Assembly: GCA_032718475.1 (NCBI GenBank)
Contig: JAUCBJ010007488.1
Coordinates: 62,001 to 126,000 of the forward strand
Direction: 5' to 3'
DNA length: 64,000 nt
Source: Nemertoderma westbladi
Taxonomy: Eukaryota; Animalia; Xenacoelomorpha
The notes beneath the pieces were generated by a model, which was not told the origin of the DNA, ran no database searches, and was given only the letters and a program-made list of their open reading frames with translations. Below are positions 26,416 to 39,700 of this stretch, in pieces. Both the position numbers and the translations under genes were made by a program. The number at the start of each line of letters is the position of its first letter. The stretch's first letter is position 1.

Positions 26416-27181
26416 CACGAGGAGAAATCTAAAACACAAGAAAATGTTAAGAATTAACCGACTAAGATTCTACTTATATGCCTACAATTATAAATGATTA
26501 ATTATAAATTATAATCATTAAATTCTTGGAATTTATAATACGCAATTTAAGATTAATATGTAATGTATAATATTGTACATAAATATATATAATGATACTA
26601 ATATTGAACAACATCCTGATAGCATTTTTGTAGGCTACCATTAGATCACATTACACTGACACTACCCTATTCATGAATACATTAAACACATTAAAGTACA
26701 TAATATATACAGTATAAAAACACATTAAACATTTAAAAACACCTCAAAAAATTGGTCCCTGTCTCCCCCCCCCCCCCCCCCCCCCTTTAGTATTGATCAT
26801 CGCACTACAAAAAGTTTAAATATAAATATAATATTCAAATGCAACAATAAAAATGTTAACAGCTAGATTTATAATTAAAAATGAATTTGATACCGACGTG
26901 TTCAGTTTTAACAGATTTATTACAGTAGGAATTGCCTAGGGTTAGAACCAAGCCACATATATTCAATGTGATACATCATATTTATGACAGGAAACTAATT
27001 GAATTGTAATAAAACGCATAAATCAAGCGCCTTTCATTATTCAGACTCTAAATACCCCAGGCAATTAATTCCATTTCATTTACATAAATTAGGCTAATTG
27101 TATGCCGGAATAAAAAACAACAAATCATTTAATTTTTAATTTAAACAAATCTACATACCGTAGCAGATCTGAGTCGGCAAT

Positions 27182-27254
27182 GACGTCCAGGTGGGATCAA
27201 ACTGGTGACCTCCGGGTTGGAAGTCTGACGCTCTAACCATTCAGCTAGCGGCTC
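27182..27254 (-). other. tRNA-derived SINE head or tRNA pseudogene
   Basis: Minus strand reads gagccgctagctgaatggttagagcgtcagacttccaacccggaggtcaccagtttgatcccacctggacgtc. It has an A-box-like TAGCTGAATGG and a B-box-like GTTTGATCC, but the stems pair imperfectly. Confidence 0.55.
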
Positions 27255-27419
27255 AGGTAAAATATAGACCTGGAAATACTATCTGATACATTGTATGACT
27301 CAATTTACCTCCTCATGGCCTCCCATCTGTCAATACCATCATATGCTGCCACTGTGCTCAACCCTTCTGTTGGCCGTCTTTAAGTTGCTTTAGGTCTCAG
27401 TTGAACCTATTGTATGAGA

Positions 27420-27716
27420 CCGCGCACTGCGCACTCTACTGTATTGGACCGAGCACCGAGCGCCGTGCACCGCGCACCGCGCACCGCGCACCGCGCACAG
27501 CGCACCGCGCACCGCGCACCGCGCACCGCGCACAGCGCACCACACACCGCGCACCGCGCACCGAGCACCGCGCACCGCGCACCGCGCACCGCGCACCGCG
27601 CACCGCGCACCGCGCACCGCGCACCGCGCACCGCGCACCGCGCACAGCGCACCACACACCGCGCACCGCGCACCGAGCACCGCGCACCGCGCACCACACA
27701 CCGCGCACCGCGCACT
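27420..27716. repeat. GC-rich 7-bp microsatellite (ccgcgca)n
   Basis: Direct tandem repeat with minor variants. Confidence 0.95.
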
Positions 27717-27821
27717 CGCCAATGGTTATCAAGTTATCAGGCGATACCCTGTCATTATTGAGGAGCTTTTCAAAGTGGGCCTTCCAACCATTGAGGCGAT
27801 CGGCTGGTGATTCAGCCTTAA

Positions 27822-29613
27822 CCCTATTAAACCCGGGGGGGGGGGGGGGGGTCAATATGACCCCCCCCCGTGGTTTTTTTTATTATAATTCTGAAACGAC
27901 CGCAGTTGGGAATCTGAAATTTTATGACTTTTCCTAAAAATCTATTGTCTTCCTTGTAGTGAAAACCGTTTTAAAAAATATTGGGTAGTTTTCGAGTTAT
28001 AGCACCATTTTTTAACCCTACTTTTGGCACTTTTTTTGAGACGTTTTTTGAAAATTACATTTCATTAAATATTAATTGTAACATCTCTATTTTTGATTTA
28101 CACCGGTTTTTTTGTGTTCGCAATTGCATGGAATTCATATAAATTGATTTAAAAATTTCAAACTTGTTTTTTTCGGCGGGTGCCAAATTTTGGTGCCAGC
28201 ACCAAATTTTGAAATATGTCAATTTTGTAAATTGATTGTTTGAAACTTGTTTTTTACGCAATTGGGGTTCTTTTAGGGTTCTGGATTCGATAAAATATAT
28301 ACGAGTTGCACCAAGCGTATCAAACTTGTATTTTTCGGTGCTTTGTGCAAATTTTGGTGCTAGCACTACTACTACTATGATCGGCATGCTGCATTGCAGC
28401 TGCATTTTTAAGAATGCTGTGCCGGCTTGTCAACAAAATTGCACCGCCACAACTCCCTATCACCCATGACATTTGCTAGATCATCCGCATCTTTAAGGCC
28501 AGTGTCCTTTAAGATGCGTCTCAAGAAAGTCATGGGCTGTCCACCATGCTTATTCACTCCATGAGGCTGCCAAAGTACAAGATTATGCACTGGCTGGTCC
28601 TCACGGCGAAAGCAATGTCCTGCACGAAATAGCTAGCACGAAATTTTGAAAATCCATTATTCAATATATAAAATTGCTTGTGACAATTTATTTCTTGCGT
28701 TTTAGAGGTTTATGGCTGTTCTGAATTCAGTGGAATATATAATTATCGAACTAGACATCTCAAACTTGTACTTTTCGGAAGTGGGTGAAAATGTTGTGCT
28801 AGCACCAAATTTGAAAACCATCAAATATATCAATTGATTGTGTCCCCTAGTTTCTTGCGGTATACGGGTTTGTTAGGGTTCTGAATTCAATGGAATCAGT
28901 AAAAATTTCATAAGAGTTTTCAAACTTGTATTTTTCGCCGGTGGGTGAAAATTGTTGTGCCAGCACCACATTTTGGAAAATGAGTAAATTGATCAGTAGA
29001 TAGTATGACCTTGTTTCTTGCGTTATACGGGTTTATGAGGGTCCTGAATCCGATGGAATCAATAAAAACAGCACTGGACATCGCAAACTTGTATTTTTTG
29101 GTGATGGGTACGAAATTTGGTACTAGCACCAAAATTTGCCAAATTACGCCGAAAAATACAAGTAGCAATGATCTGGCATATTAGAAATGTATTCCATTAG
29201 AATCAACGCCCTAGAAAACCTGAAAATGTGAATTTATAGCATCGTACAGTATAAGTGGATTAAAAATGTTGTGTTCTAACTGAAAAGTGCTGGTTACTTG
29301 TTTTTTTTTCAATTTTTTGCTACGCCGAGACGACTAAACAGCCAGTTATGGTAATTATATCATTTTTAAATATTTTGCAATGTATTTTGCGCCCCAGAAA
29401 ACCTGTATTAAAAAACAATTAGCCGAAAAAATTCTAAATCAAATTTTGTGAAAATTGTGCACTACTTGTAATTTTGGTGCTGCAATATAACCACCCCAGT
29501 ACATTTTTTCGAAAACTTTTTTTTCGGTCCAATCCAGACTAGTGATACCTACGTACAAACAATTCGTTAATTTTGTTAATATTTGTAGATTTTAGAGGTG
29601 AGGGTCAATTTGA

Positions 29614-29645
<32 letters not shown>

Positions 29646-29678
29646 TGTACAGCATTTTATAGCCCGGTACTAATAGGG
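27822..29678. mobile_element. Non-autonomous piggyBac-like element (TTAA TSD, CCCT termini)
   Basis: ttaa|ccctattaaacccggg ... cccggtactaataggg|ttaa. Subterminal gggtcaa(t/a)tgaccc palindromes lie at both ends, with internal ~162-bp repeats and no transposase. Confidence 0.88.
28367..28631 (-). mobile_element. Short 5'-truncated RTE insertion (same family as 185-1415) with 8-bp TSD
   Basis: Closely similar to 185-445, with a (cta)n tail. Flanked by gctagcac at 28359-28366 and 28632-28639. Confidence 0.9.
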
Positions 29679-30940
29679 TTAACCTTGATGGTTGGTTGGC
29701 TTTTCCGCCCAGTAACCAAGTTGGTCGATTTCCATGCCTGGGATGATTGCCCGCTGTTGTCAGCATCATTGATGGTATCAACCTGTTGGTTTATTAGCTC
29801 CTGTATCACTATGGTAGCAGCAGTAATCCTGATTTCTGTTTGCCTCCCCTCTATATTATAGTGCAGATAATATTAGTGATAACAAGATAAACGAATTAGC
29901 AAATAAGATTACACAAGGCAATGAGAACACTCCTAGGGGTAGGAAACTGCATTTCTAACAGTGAGACAATAACCCAACACAAATGTAGTAATTACATTAT
30001 ACATTTGTATTACAAAGCAATTACATGCAAAGTATTACAAATAATTGTAACAATTATTAAACAAGATAGACGCCGCCAACAAACGACAAGACCAACATGA
30101 TAACCAGCTGATAATAACCGAAAAAAAACATTAAAATTATACATGGGGAAAAAAGAAGAGAAAACAATATCGCTCAGGGTGGACATAGGATTTTAGCACT
30201 GCCGCTACGAAGTTACATAAGATAACAGGCAATGATGAAAATTAACTTTTATATAGTTACATAAGATAACACGTTCGTGGGGCCTTCGCGCAGCACGAGG
30301 CCCAGTTATGAGATATAAATTAAAATTGAGCGACTGTATCACAAAATCAGGTTTTGAGAAATTTACCGACACCACCAATCAAAGAAAGGGGGACAGTACG
30401 TGTTTACCCCTTTTAATCCCCCCACCCCCCCCCCCCCACCCTTCTCAACCACCAATACATAACCGCGACATCTACCACCCACGGAAGGGTAGAACGAACT
30501 TATTTCCAATCGCACGTTCAATATGCAAAGCCAGGTGGTTTATAGGAATATAATAAACGCAGTACTCGTCTTAATTATTATAAGCGTCGTTCAATCGTTG
30601 CGCTCGTCCAGAGTAAGTCGTCCCCCCCCCCCCCCCCCCTATCAGAAAGATTTACTCAACAAAAAATAGTGTAAATAAATAAACAACTACAAGGATAAGA
30701 GGACATGTGTAGGAAAGCGTGTCTGGGTGGGTTTGTTAGTATTAGGGTGCACAATATCGACGCACGCGCAGGAATGTGTGATGTTTAATAGCACCGCATT
30801 ACCGCGTTAGAAAGAATCCCCAATTGGAAAAAATAAATAAATTAAACGCGTTTCGTTATGTTCCTCGACTTATATTATTCTCTCCACGGACGCTTAGCTG
30901 CTAGACAGGTAGATCTAGTCCCCCACAACAACGGTCATAC

Positions 30941-31262
<322 letters not shown>

Positions 31263-32750
31263 TTATATACAATCGTATATTAGTTTTATTTATAAATTGA
31301 AATATCACGAATAAATAGGCATATTAGCTGATTAGTGAACTATCATATGTGTTGGACCATATATATATTATTATATATTGGACCTTATCAAAATAGCGGT
31401 TGTACTGGGGCGGTATTTGTTGTTCTCTAACCCACTGCAAGCGCATTTGAGGGGCCGGTATGTTTTAATAACTTCTGGTACAACGGGATGCAGTATTACA
31501 GCGCCAAGTAGATTTAATCTGTTCAGAATATTCCGGACGCTAAGTTCATGTCATTCCCGATAAGTCGGAACTTTACAAAACTCGTGGATAAAACCGCGTG
31601 TAGCAGAGAACAGATAAATTGGGTTGAATTGCAAAACAGAATAATATGGAACTGTAAGTGGAACTGCGGCGATTTGGGTTTTTTTTTATGGTGAATAGTC
31701 AGCCTGTCCGCGATATGTTCAGCTGCCCTTTTTAATGGGTTGCAGGTACAAATAAAATACACATTGCAGTTACTAAAATAAAAGTGGCGCATATTATTGT
31801 ACATTATTACAACAACAATTATATAAATGCAATATGCCTGATCCCTATTAATGTACTTTGTACCGCCAATTCTGTAATTCAATAACGCAAAGCCGCGTTT
31901 ACTGTACAGCAGCACGTAATATATTTGATACTTATTAATATACTAACTAGACTAACAAAGCGCAAGGCCTATACTTACCGAAATAAATTAACTTTCAGTT
32001 AAATACAATATACTTGTTTGCTCTGTAAAAATTTTAATTAAAAACAATCCTGCCATTTAATATACCTAATTAGCATGGTTGCGTAAGCAGTATGAATTGG
32101 AATGAAATTGTGAAATAATTTATTTAAACTATTATGTACATTTAGATTAAATAATAATACAGTAAGTTGGCCTACAGAAATAAACATTGATATTCGGAAC
32201 AGTAAAACAATAATTTATTTCATTCATTCAACTAACCAGAGAGACTCATAGCTGCAGTGAATATTAACATCCCGACGTTACTTTAGTAATAATATTAATG
32301 TCATTGAAAACGATACCTAAATACACCTCCACTCTCCAGCCAGCCAGTTGAATGGAGAGTGAGTGAATGGATGGGGAATTAATGCTATCCTACCAGCAGC
32401 AGCAGCAGTCTGCCTCTTACAAGCAAGGCTGAGTGAATACCTCAAGTGTTGCTGGGAAACAAGCCAACTTGGTTGTTAACCAATAAATGAGCAGTATTTA
32501 ATGAGAATCAATTTTTTAAGCCGTTTTAATTACTTTAGATCAATTAAAGACACAATTATTAAAGCAAATCACTTGAACTAATTAAAAACTATAATAGAAT
32601 GGAGTATGTGGATTACATCTGTATAATTTTTAAGTATAATTATTGAAGTCTTATACTGTAAAACAATTAATTTCCTTTAAAAGGCAGGTTGAAAATGGTG
32701 TTTTTACCGTAATCAACTTAATTAACTAATTAACTGCTATTATCATAGCT

Positions 32751-33700
32751 TGTACGCGCTTTTGAAGACCTTTAGCAGTTTAACCTGCCAAAATTTATAT
32801 GTCTTTTGGTTTATAAATATACTTTAGAAGTTGACAAATATTTAATACCAATAAACACAACATTAGCAGAAGCCAGCCTAGTGCGCGTCCATTCACCCGC
32901 TGGATATACCCGGGGGGCTGGATTCTGAGGGCTTAGATTATTATTGCAGTGTAAGCTTACTGTATTATTCGATTGATCGTTAATAAATAATTTCTGACTA
33001 ATATTATTCACTTTCGGGAAATATTAACAGTTCATTTAGGACGTGGCGCTCTATCTAGATAAACAGAGATATGACTTATACTAATCACAACGGTAAGTCG
33101 GTAAGGCTTATAATTCACGTATGAGGCGCATTCTTTAGGAAATGCTTAGTTATCAGTCACAATCATGCACACTACCGGTAACACACAATACTGCCGACCG
33201 TCAATGAATTTTATCATATATAAAGAGAACAGCAACGGATTCATGTAGTGCTTATCAAATAGCATTAAATTCACTACAAACCACAATAATATAAGTCGCA
33301 ATTGCTATATATATAACCCGTCTCTCTAACCTGTAGTGTATCAAGAAAATTGGGAAATTTGGGTTCTTTATAAATGTTCTCCAAATAATAATATTCAACC
33401 AAAACACAACAGTAAATAGCATTAAGACGGTAGGTTAAGATGGTAACACTGTTTGACTGGACCGATATGTGATATGATATGTTAAGAACTGATTGCACTG
33501 ATAACAGTTATACGCTCTATAATTTAAGCCTACTAATGTTTCTTCTAAAGTATGAAAACGAGTTGACTCTAGAGCCGGTGTTTCTGGCCTAGATACAAAC
33601 AACACAACAGTATCAAGAAAAACAGTAAGACTGAACACTCCCAGTATGATCGGCAGAAAAGCTCCACATCGACAGAAAAAATCGCTCTGATTGGCTTAAG
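32751..33700 (-). mobile_element. Truncated LTR related to the BEL 3' LTR at 41639
   Basis: Starts tgtacgcgcttttgaagacctttagcag versus tgttcgcgcttttgaagacctttagcag at 41639. Similarity is collinear for more than 600 bp, and the copy ends at the 69-bp array. Confidence 0.8.
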
Positions 33701-33708
33701 CTAAACAA

Positions 33709-36700
33709 AGATGTTTATATTCCTCGTCCATCTCCTTACAGACTCGTGGCCACCATTAAGTATAACTGTGAGCGTGTAGATGTTTAGATTCCTCGTCCAT
33801 CTCCTTACAGACTCGTGGCCACCATCAAGTATAACTGTGAGCGTGGAGATGTTTATATTCCTCGTCCATCTCCTTACAGACTCGTGGCCACCATCAAGTA
33901 TAACTGTGAGCGTGGAGATGTTTATATTCCTCATCCATTGTCTTACAGACTCGTGGCCACCATTAAGTATAACTGTGAGCGTGTAGAAGTTTATATTCCT
34001 CGTCCATTGTCTTACAGACTCGTGGCCACCATTAAGTATAACTGTGAGCGTGGAGATGTTTATATTTCTCGTCCATCTCCTTACAGACTCGTGGCCACCA
34101 TTAAGTATAACTGTGAGCGTGTAGGTGTTTATATTACTCGTCCATCTCCTTACAGACTCGTGGCCACCATTAAATATAACTGTGAGCGTGGAGATGTTTA
34201 TATTCCTCGTCCATCTCCTTACAGACTCGCGGCCACCATTGAGTATAACTGTGAGCGTGTAGATGTTTATATTCCTCGTCCATTGTCTTACAGACTCGTG
34301 GCCACCATTAAGTATAACTGTGAGCGTGTAGAAGTTTATATTCCTCGTCCATCTCCTTACAGACTCGTGGCCACCATTAAGTATAACTGTGAGCGTGTAG
34401 AAGTTTATATTCCTCGTCCATTGTCTTACAGACTCGTGGCCACCATTATGTATAACTGTGAGCGTGTAGATGATTATATTCCTCGTCCATTGTCTTACAG
34501 ACTCGTGGCCACCATTAAGTATAACTGTGAGCGTGTAGATGTTTATATTCCTCGTCCATCTCCTTACAGACTCGTGGCCACCATTAAGTATAACTGTGAG
34601 CGTGTAGATGTTTATATTCCTCGTCCATTGTCTTACAGACTCGTGGCCACCATTAAATATAACTGTGAGCGTGTAGATGTTTATATTCCTCGTCCATCTC
34701 CTTACAGACTCGTGGCCACCATTAAGTATAACTGTGAGCGTGTAGAAGTTTATATTCCTCGTCCATCTCCTTACAGACTCGTGGCCACCATTAAGTATAA
34801 CTGTGAGCGTGTAGAAGTTTATATTCCTCGTCCATCTCCTTACAGACTCGTGGCCACCATTAAGTATAACTGTGAGCGTGTAGATGTTTATATTCCTCGT
34901 CCATTGTCTTACAGACTCGTGGCCACCATTAAATATAACTGTGAGCGTGTAGATGTTTATATTCCTCGTCCATCTCCTTACAGACTCGTGGCCACCATTA
35001 AGTATAACTGTGAGCGTGTAGAAGTTTATATTCCTCGTCCATCTCCTTACAGACTCGTGGCCACCATTAAATATAACTGTGAGCGTGTAGATGTTTATAT
35101 TCCTCGTCCATTGTCTTACAGACTCGTGGCCACCATTAAATATAACTGTGAGCGTGTAGATGTTTATATTCCTCGTCCATCTCCTTACAGACTCGTGGCC
35201 ACCATTAAGTATAACTGTGAGCGTGTAGAAGTTTATATTCCTCGTCCATCTCCTTACAGACTCGTGGTCACCATTAAGTATAACTGTGAGCGTTGAGATG
35301 TTTATATTCCTCGTCCATTGTCTTACAGACTCGTGGCCACCATTAAGTATAACTGTGAGCGTGTAGAAGTTTATATTCCTCGTCCATTGTCTTACAGACT
35401 CGTGGTCACCATTAAGTATAACTGTGAGCGTGTAGAAGTTTATATTCCTCGTCCATCTCCTTACAGACTCGTGGTCACCATTAAGTATAACTGTGAGCGT
35501 TGAGATGTTTATATTCCTCGTCCATTGTCTTACAGACTCGTGGCCACCATTAAGTATAACTGTGAGCGTGTAGATGTTTATATTCCTCGTCCATCTCCTT
35601 ACAGACTCGTGGCCACCATTAAGTATAACTGTGGTGTAGATGTTTATATTCCCCGTCCATCTCCTTACAGACTCGTGGCCACCATTAAGTATAACTGTGA
35701 GCGTGGAGATGTTTATATTCCTCGTCCATCTCCTTACAGACTCGTGGCCACCATTAAGTATAACTGTGGTGTAGATGTTTATATTCCCCGTCCATCTCCT
35801 TACAGACTCGTGGCCACCATTAAGTATAACTGTGAGCGTGGAGATGTTTATATTCCTCGTCCATCTCCTTACAGACTCGTGGCCACCATTAAGTATAACT
35901 GTGAGCGTGTAGATGTTTAGATTCCTCGTCCATCTCCTTACAGACTCGTGGCCACCATTAAGTATAACTGTGAGCGTGGAGATGTTTATATTCCTCGTCC
36001 ATCTCCTTACAGACTCGTGGCCACCATTAAGTATAACTGTGAGTGTGTAGATGTTTATATTCCTCGTCCATCTCCTTACAGACTCGTGGCCACCATTAAG
36101 TATAACTGTGAGTGTGTAGATGTTTATATTCCTCGTCCATTGTCTTACAGACTCGTGGCCACCATTATGTATAACTGTGAGCGTGGAGATGTTTATATTC
36201 CTCGTCCATTGTCTTACAGACTCGTGGCCACCATTAAGTATAACTGTGAGCGTGGAGATGTTTATATTCCTCGTCCATTGTCTTACAGACTCGTGGCCAC
36301 CATTAAGTATAACTGTGAGCGTGGAGATGTTTATATTCCTCGTCCATCTCCTTACAGACTCGTGGCCACCATTAAGTATAACTGTGAGCGTGGAGATGTT
36401 TATATTCCTCGTCCATTGTCTTACAGACTCGTGGCCACCATTAAATATAACTGTGAGCGTGGAGATGTTTATATTCCTCGTCCATCTCCTTACAGACTCG
36501 TGGCCACCATTAAATATAACTGTGAGCGTGTAGATGTTTATATTCCTCGTCCATTGTCTTACAGACTCGTGGCCACCATTAAGTATAACTGTGAGCGTGG
36601 AGATGTTTATATTCCTCGTCCATTGTCTTACAGACTCGTGGCCACCATTAAATATAACTGTGAGCGTGTAGATGTTTAGATTCCTCGTCCATCTCCTTAC

Positions 36701-39700
36701 AGACTCGTGGCCACCATTAAATATAACTGTGAGCGTGGAGATGTTTATATTCCTCGTCCATCTCCTTACAGACTCGTGGCCACCATTAAATATAACTGTG
36801 AGCGTGTAGATGTTTATATTCCTCGTCCATTGTCTTACAGACTCGTGGCCACCATTAAGTATAACTGTGAGCGTGGAGATGTTTATATTCCTCGTCCATT
36901 GTCTTACAGACTCGTGGCCACCATTAAATATAACTGTGAGCGTGTAGATGTTTAGATTCCTCGTCCATCTCCTTACAGACTCGTGGCCACCATTAAATAT
37001 AACTGTGAGCGTGGAGATGTTTATATTCCTCGTCCATCTCCTTACAGACTCGTGGCCACCATTAAATATAACTGTGAGCGTGTAGATGTTTATATTCCTC
37101 GTCCATTGTCTTACAGACTCGTGGCCACCATTAAGTATAACTGTGAGCGTGTAGATGTTTATATTACTCGTCCATTGTCTTACAGACTCGTGGCCACCAT
37201 TAAGTATAACTGTGAGCGTGGAGATGTTTATATTCCTCGTCCATTGTCTTACAGACTCGTGGCCACCATTAAATATAACTGTGAGCGTGTAGATGTTTAG
37301 ATTCCTCGTCCATCTCCTTACAGACTCGTGGCCACCATTAAATATAACTGTGAGCGTGGAGATGTTTATATTCCTCGTCCATCTCCTTACAGACTCGTGG
37401 CCACCATTAAATATAACTGTGAGCGTGTAGATGTTTATATTCCTCGTCCATTGTCTTACAGACTCGTGGCCACCATTAAATATAACTGTGAGCGTGTAGA
37501 TGTTTAGATTCCTCGTCCATCTCCTTACAGACTCGTGGCCACCATTAAATATAACTGTGAGCGTGTAGATGTTTATATTCCTCGTCCATTGTCTTACAGA
37601 CTCGTGGCCACCATTAAATATAACTGTGAGCGTGTAGATGTTTAGATTCCTCGTCCATCTCCTTACAGACTCGAGGCCACCATTAAATATAACTGTGAGC
37701 GTGGAGATGTTTATATTCCTCGTCCATTGTCTTACAGACTCGTGGCCACCATTAAATATAACTGTGAGCGTGTAGATGTTTAGATTCCTCGTCCATCTCC
37801 TTACAGACTCGTGGCCACCATTAAATATAACTGTGAGCGTGGAGATGTTTATATTCCTCGTCCATTGTCTTACAGACTCGTGGCCACCATTAAATATAAC
37901 TGTGAGCGTGTAGATGTTTAGATTCCTCGTCCATCTCCTTACAGACTCGTGGCCACCATTAAATATAACTGTAAGCGTGGAGATGTTTATATTCCTCGTC
38001 CATTGTCTTACAGACTCGTGGCCACCATTAAATATAACTGTAAGCGTGTAGATGTTTATATTCCTCGTCCATCTCCTTACAGACTCGTGGCCACCATTAA
38101 GTATAACTGTGAGCGTGGAGATGTTTATATTCCTCGTCCATTGTCTTACAGACTCGTGGCCACCATTAAGTATAACTGTGAGCGTGGAGATGTTTATATT
38201 CCTCGTCCATTGTCTTACAGACTCGTGGCCACCATTAAATATAACTGTGAGCGTGTAGATGTTTAGATTCCTCGTCCATCTCCTTACAGACTCGTGGCCA
38301 CCATTAAGTATAACTGTGAGCGTGGAGATGTTTATATTCCTCGTCCATTGTCTTACAGACTCGTGGCCACCATTAAATATAACTGTGAGCGTGGAGATGT
38401 TTATATTCCTCGTCCATCTCCTTACAGACTCGTGGCCACCATTGAGTATAACTGTGAGCGTGGAGATGTTTATATTCCTCGTCCATTGTCTTACAGACTC
38501 GTGGCCACCATTAAATATAACTGTGAGCGTGGAGATGTTTATATTCCTCGTCCATCTCCTTACAGACTCGTGGCCACCATTGAGTATAACTGTGAGCGTG
38601 GAGATGTTTATATTCCTCGTCCATCTCCTTACAGACTCGTGGCCACCATTGAGTATAACTGTGAGCGTGTAGATGTTTATATTCCTCGTCCATTGTCTTA
38701 CAGACTCGTGGCCACCATTAAATATAACTGTGAGCGTGGAGATGTTTATATTCCTCGTCCATCTCCTTACAGACTCGTGGCCACCATTGAGTATAACTGT
38801 GAGCGTGGAGATGTTTATATTCCTCGTCCATCTCCTTACAGACTCGTGGCCACCATTAAGTATAACTGTGAGCGTGTAGATGTTTATATTCCTCGTCCAT
38901 CTCCTTACAGACTCGTGGCCACCATTAAATATAACTGTGAGCGTGTAGATGTTTAGATTCCTCGTCTATCTCCTTACAGACTCGTGGCCACCATTAAATG
39001 TAACTGTGAGCGTGGAGATGTTTATATTCCTCGTCCATCTCCTTACAGACTCGTGGCCACCATTAAATATAACTGTGAGCGTGTAGATGGTTAGATTCCT
39101 CGTCTATCTCCTTACAGACTCGTGGCCACCATTAAGTATAACTGTGAGCGTGGAGATGTTTATATTCCTCGTCCATTGTCTTACAGACTCGTGGCCACCA
39201 TTAAATATAACTGTGAGCGTGTAGATGTTTAGATTCCTCGTCCATCTCCTTACAGACTCGTGGCCACCATTAAATATAACTGTGAGCGTGGAGATGTTTA
39301 TATTCCTCGTCCATCTCCTTACAGACTCGTGGCCACCATTAAATATAACTGTGAGCGTGTAGATGGTTAGATTCCTCGTCTATCTCCTTACAGACTCGTG
39401 GCCACCATTAAGTATAACTGTGAGCGTGGAGATGTTTATATTCCTCGTCCATCTCCTTACAGACTCGTGGCCACCATTAAATATAACTGTGAGCGTGTAG
39501 ATGTTTAGATTCCTCGTCTATCTCCTTACAGACTCGTGGCCACCATTAAGTATAACTGTGAGCGTGTAGAAGTTTATATTCCTCGTCCATTGTCTTACAG
39601 ACTCGTGGCCACCATTAAGTATAACTGTGAGCGTGGAGATGTTTATATTCCTCGTCCATTGTCTTACAGACTCGTGGCCACCATTAAATATAACTGTGAG

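Larger units (their letters stand above)
27720..29815 (-). pseudogene. RTE-type LINE ORF fragment split by a MITE
   Basis: Removing 27822-29678 and one TTAA gives a continuous minus-strand frame ...DNSGQSSQAWKSTNLVTGRKSQPTIKVKAESPADRLNGWKAHFEKLLNN..., resembling the linker between EN and RT in RTE-like LINEs. Confidence 0.7.

Noticed and set aside
27182-27254. Functional tRNA gene (possible TCC anticodon)
   Set aside because: Acceptor and anticodon stems pair poorly and the T-loop deviates from GTTCGA, so it is better treated as a SINE head or pseudogene.
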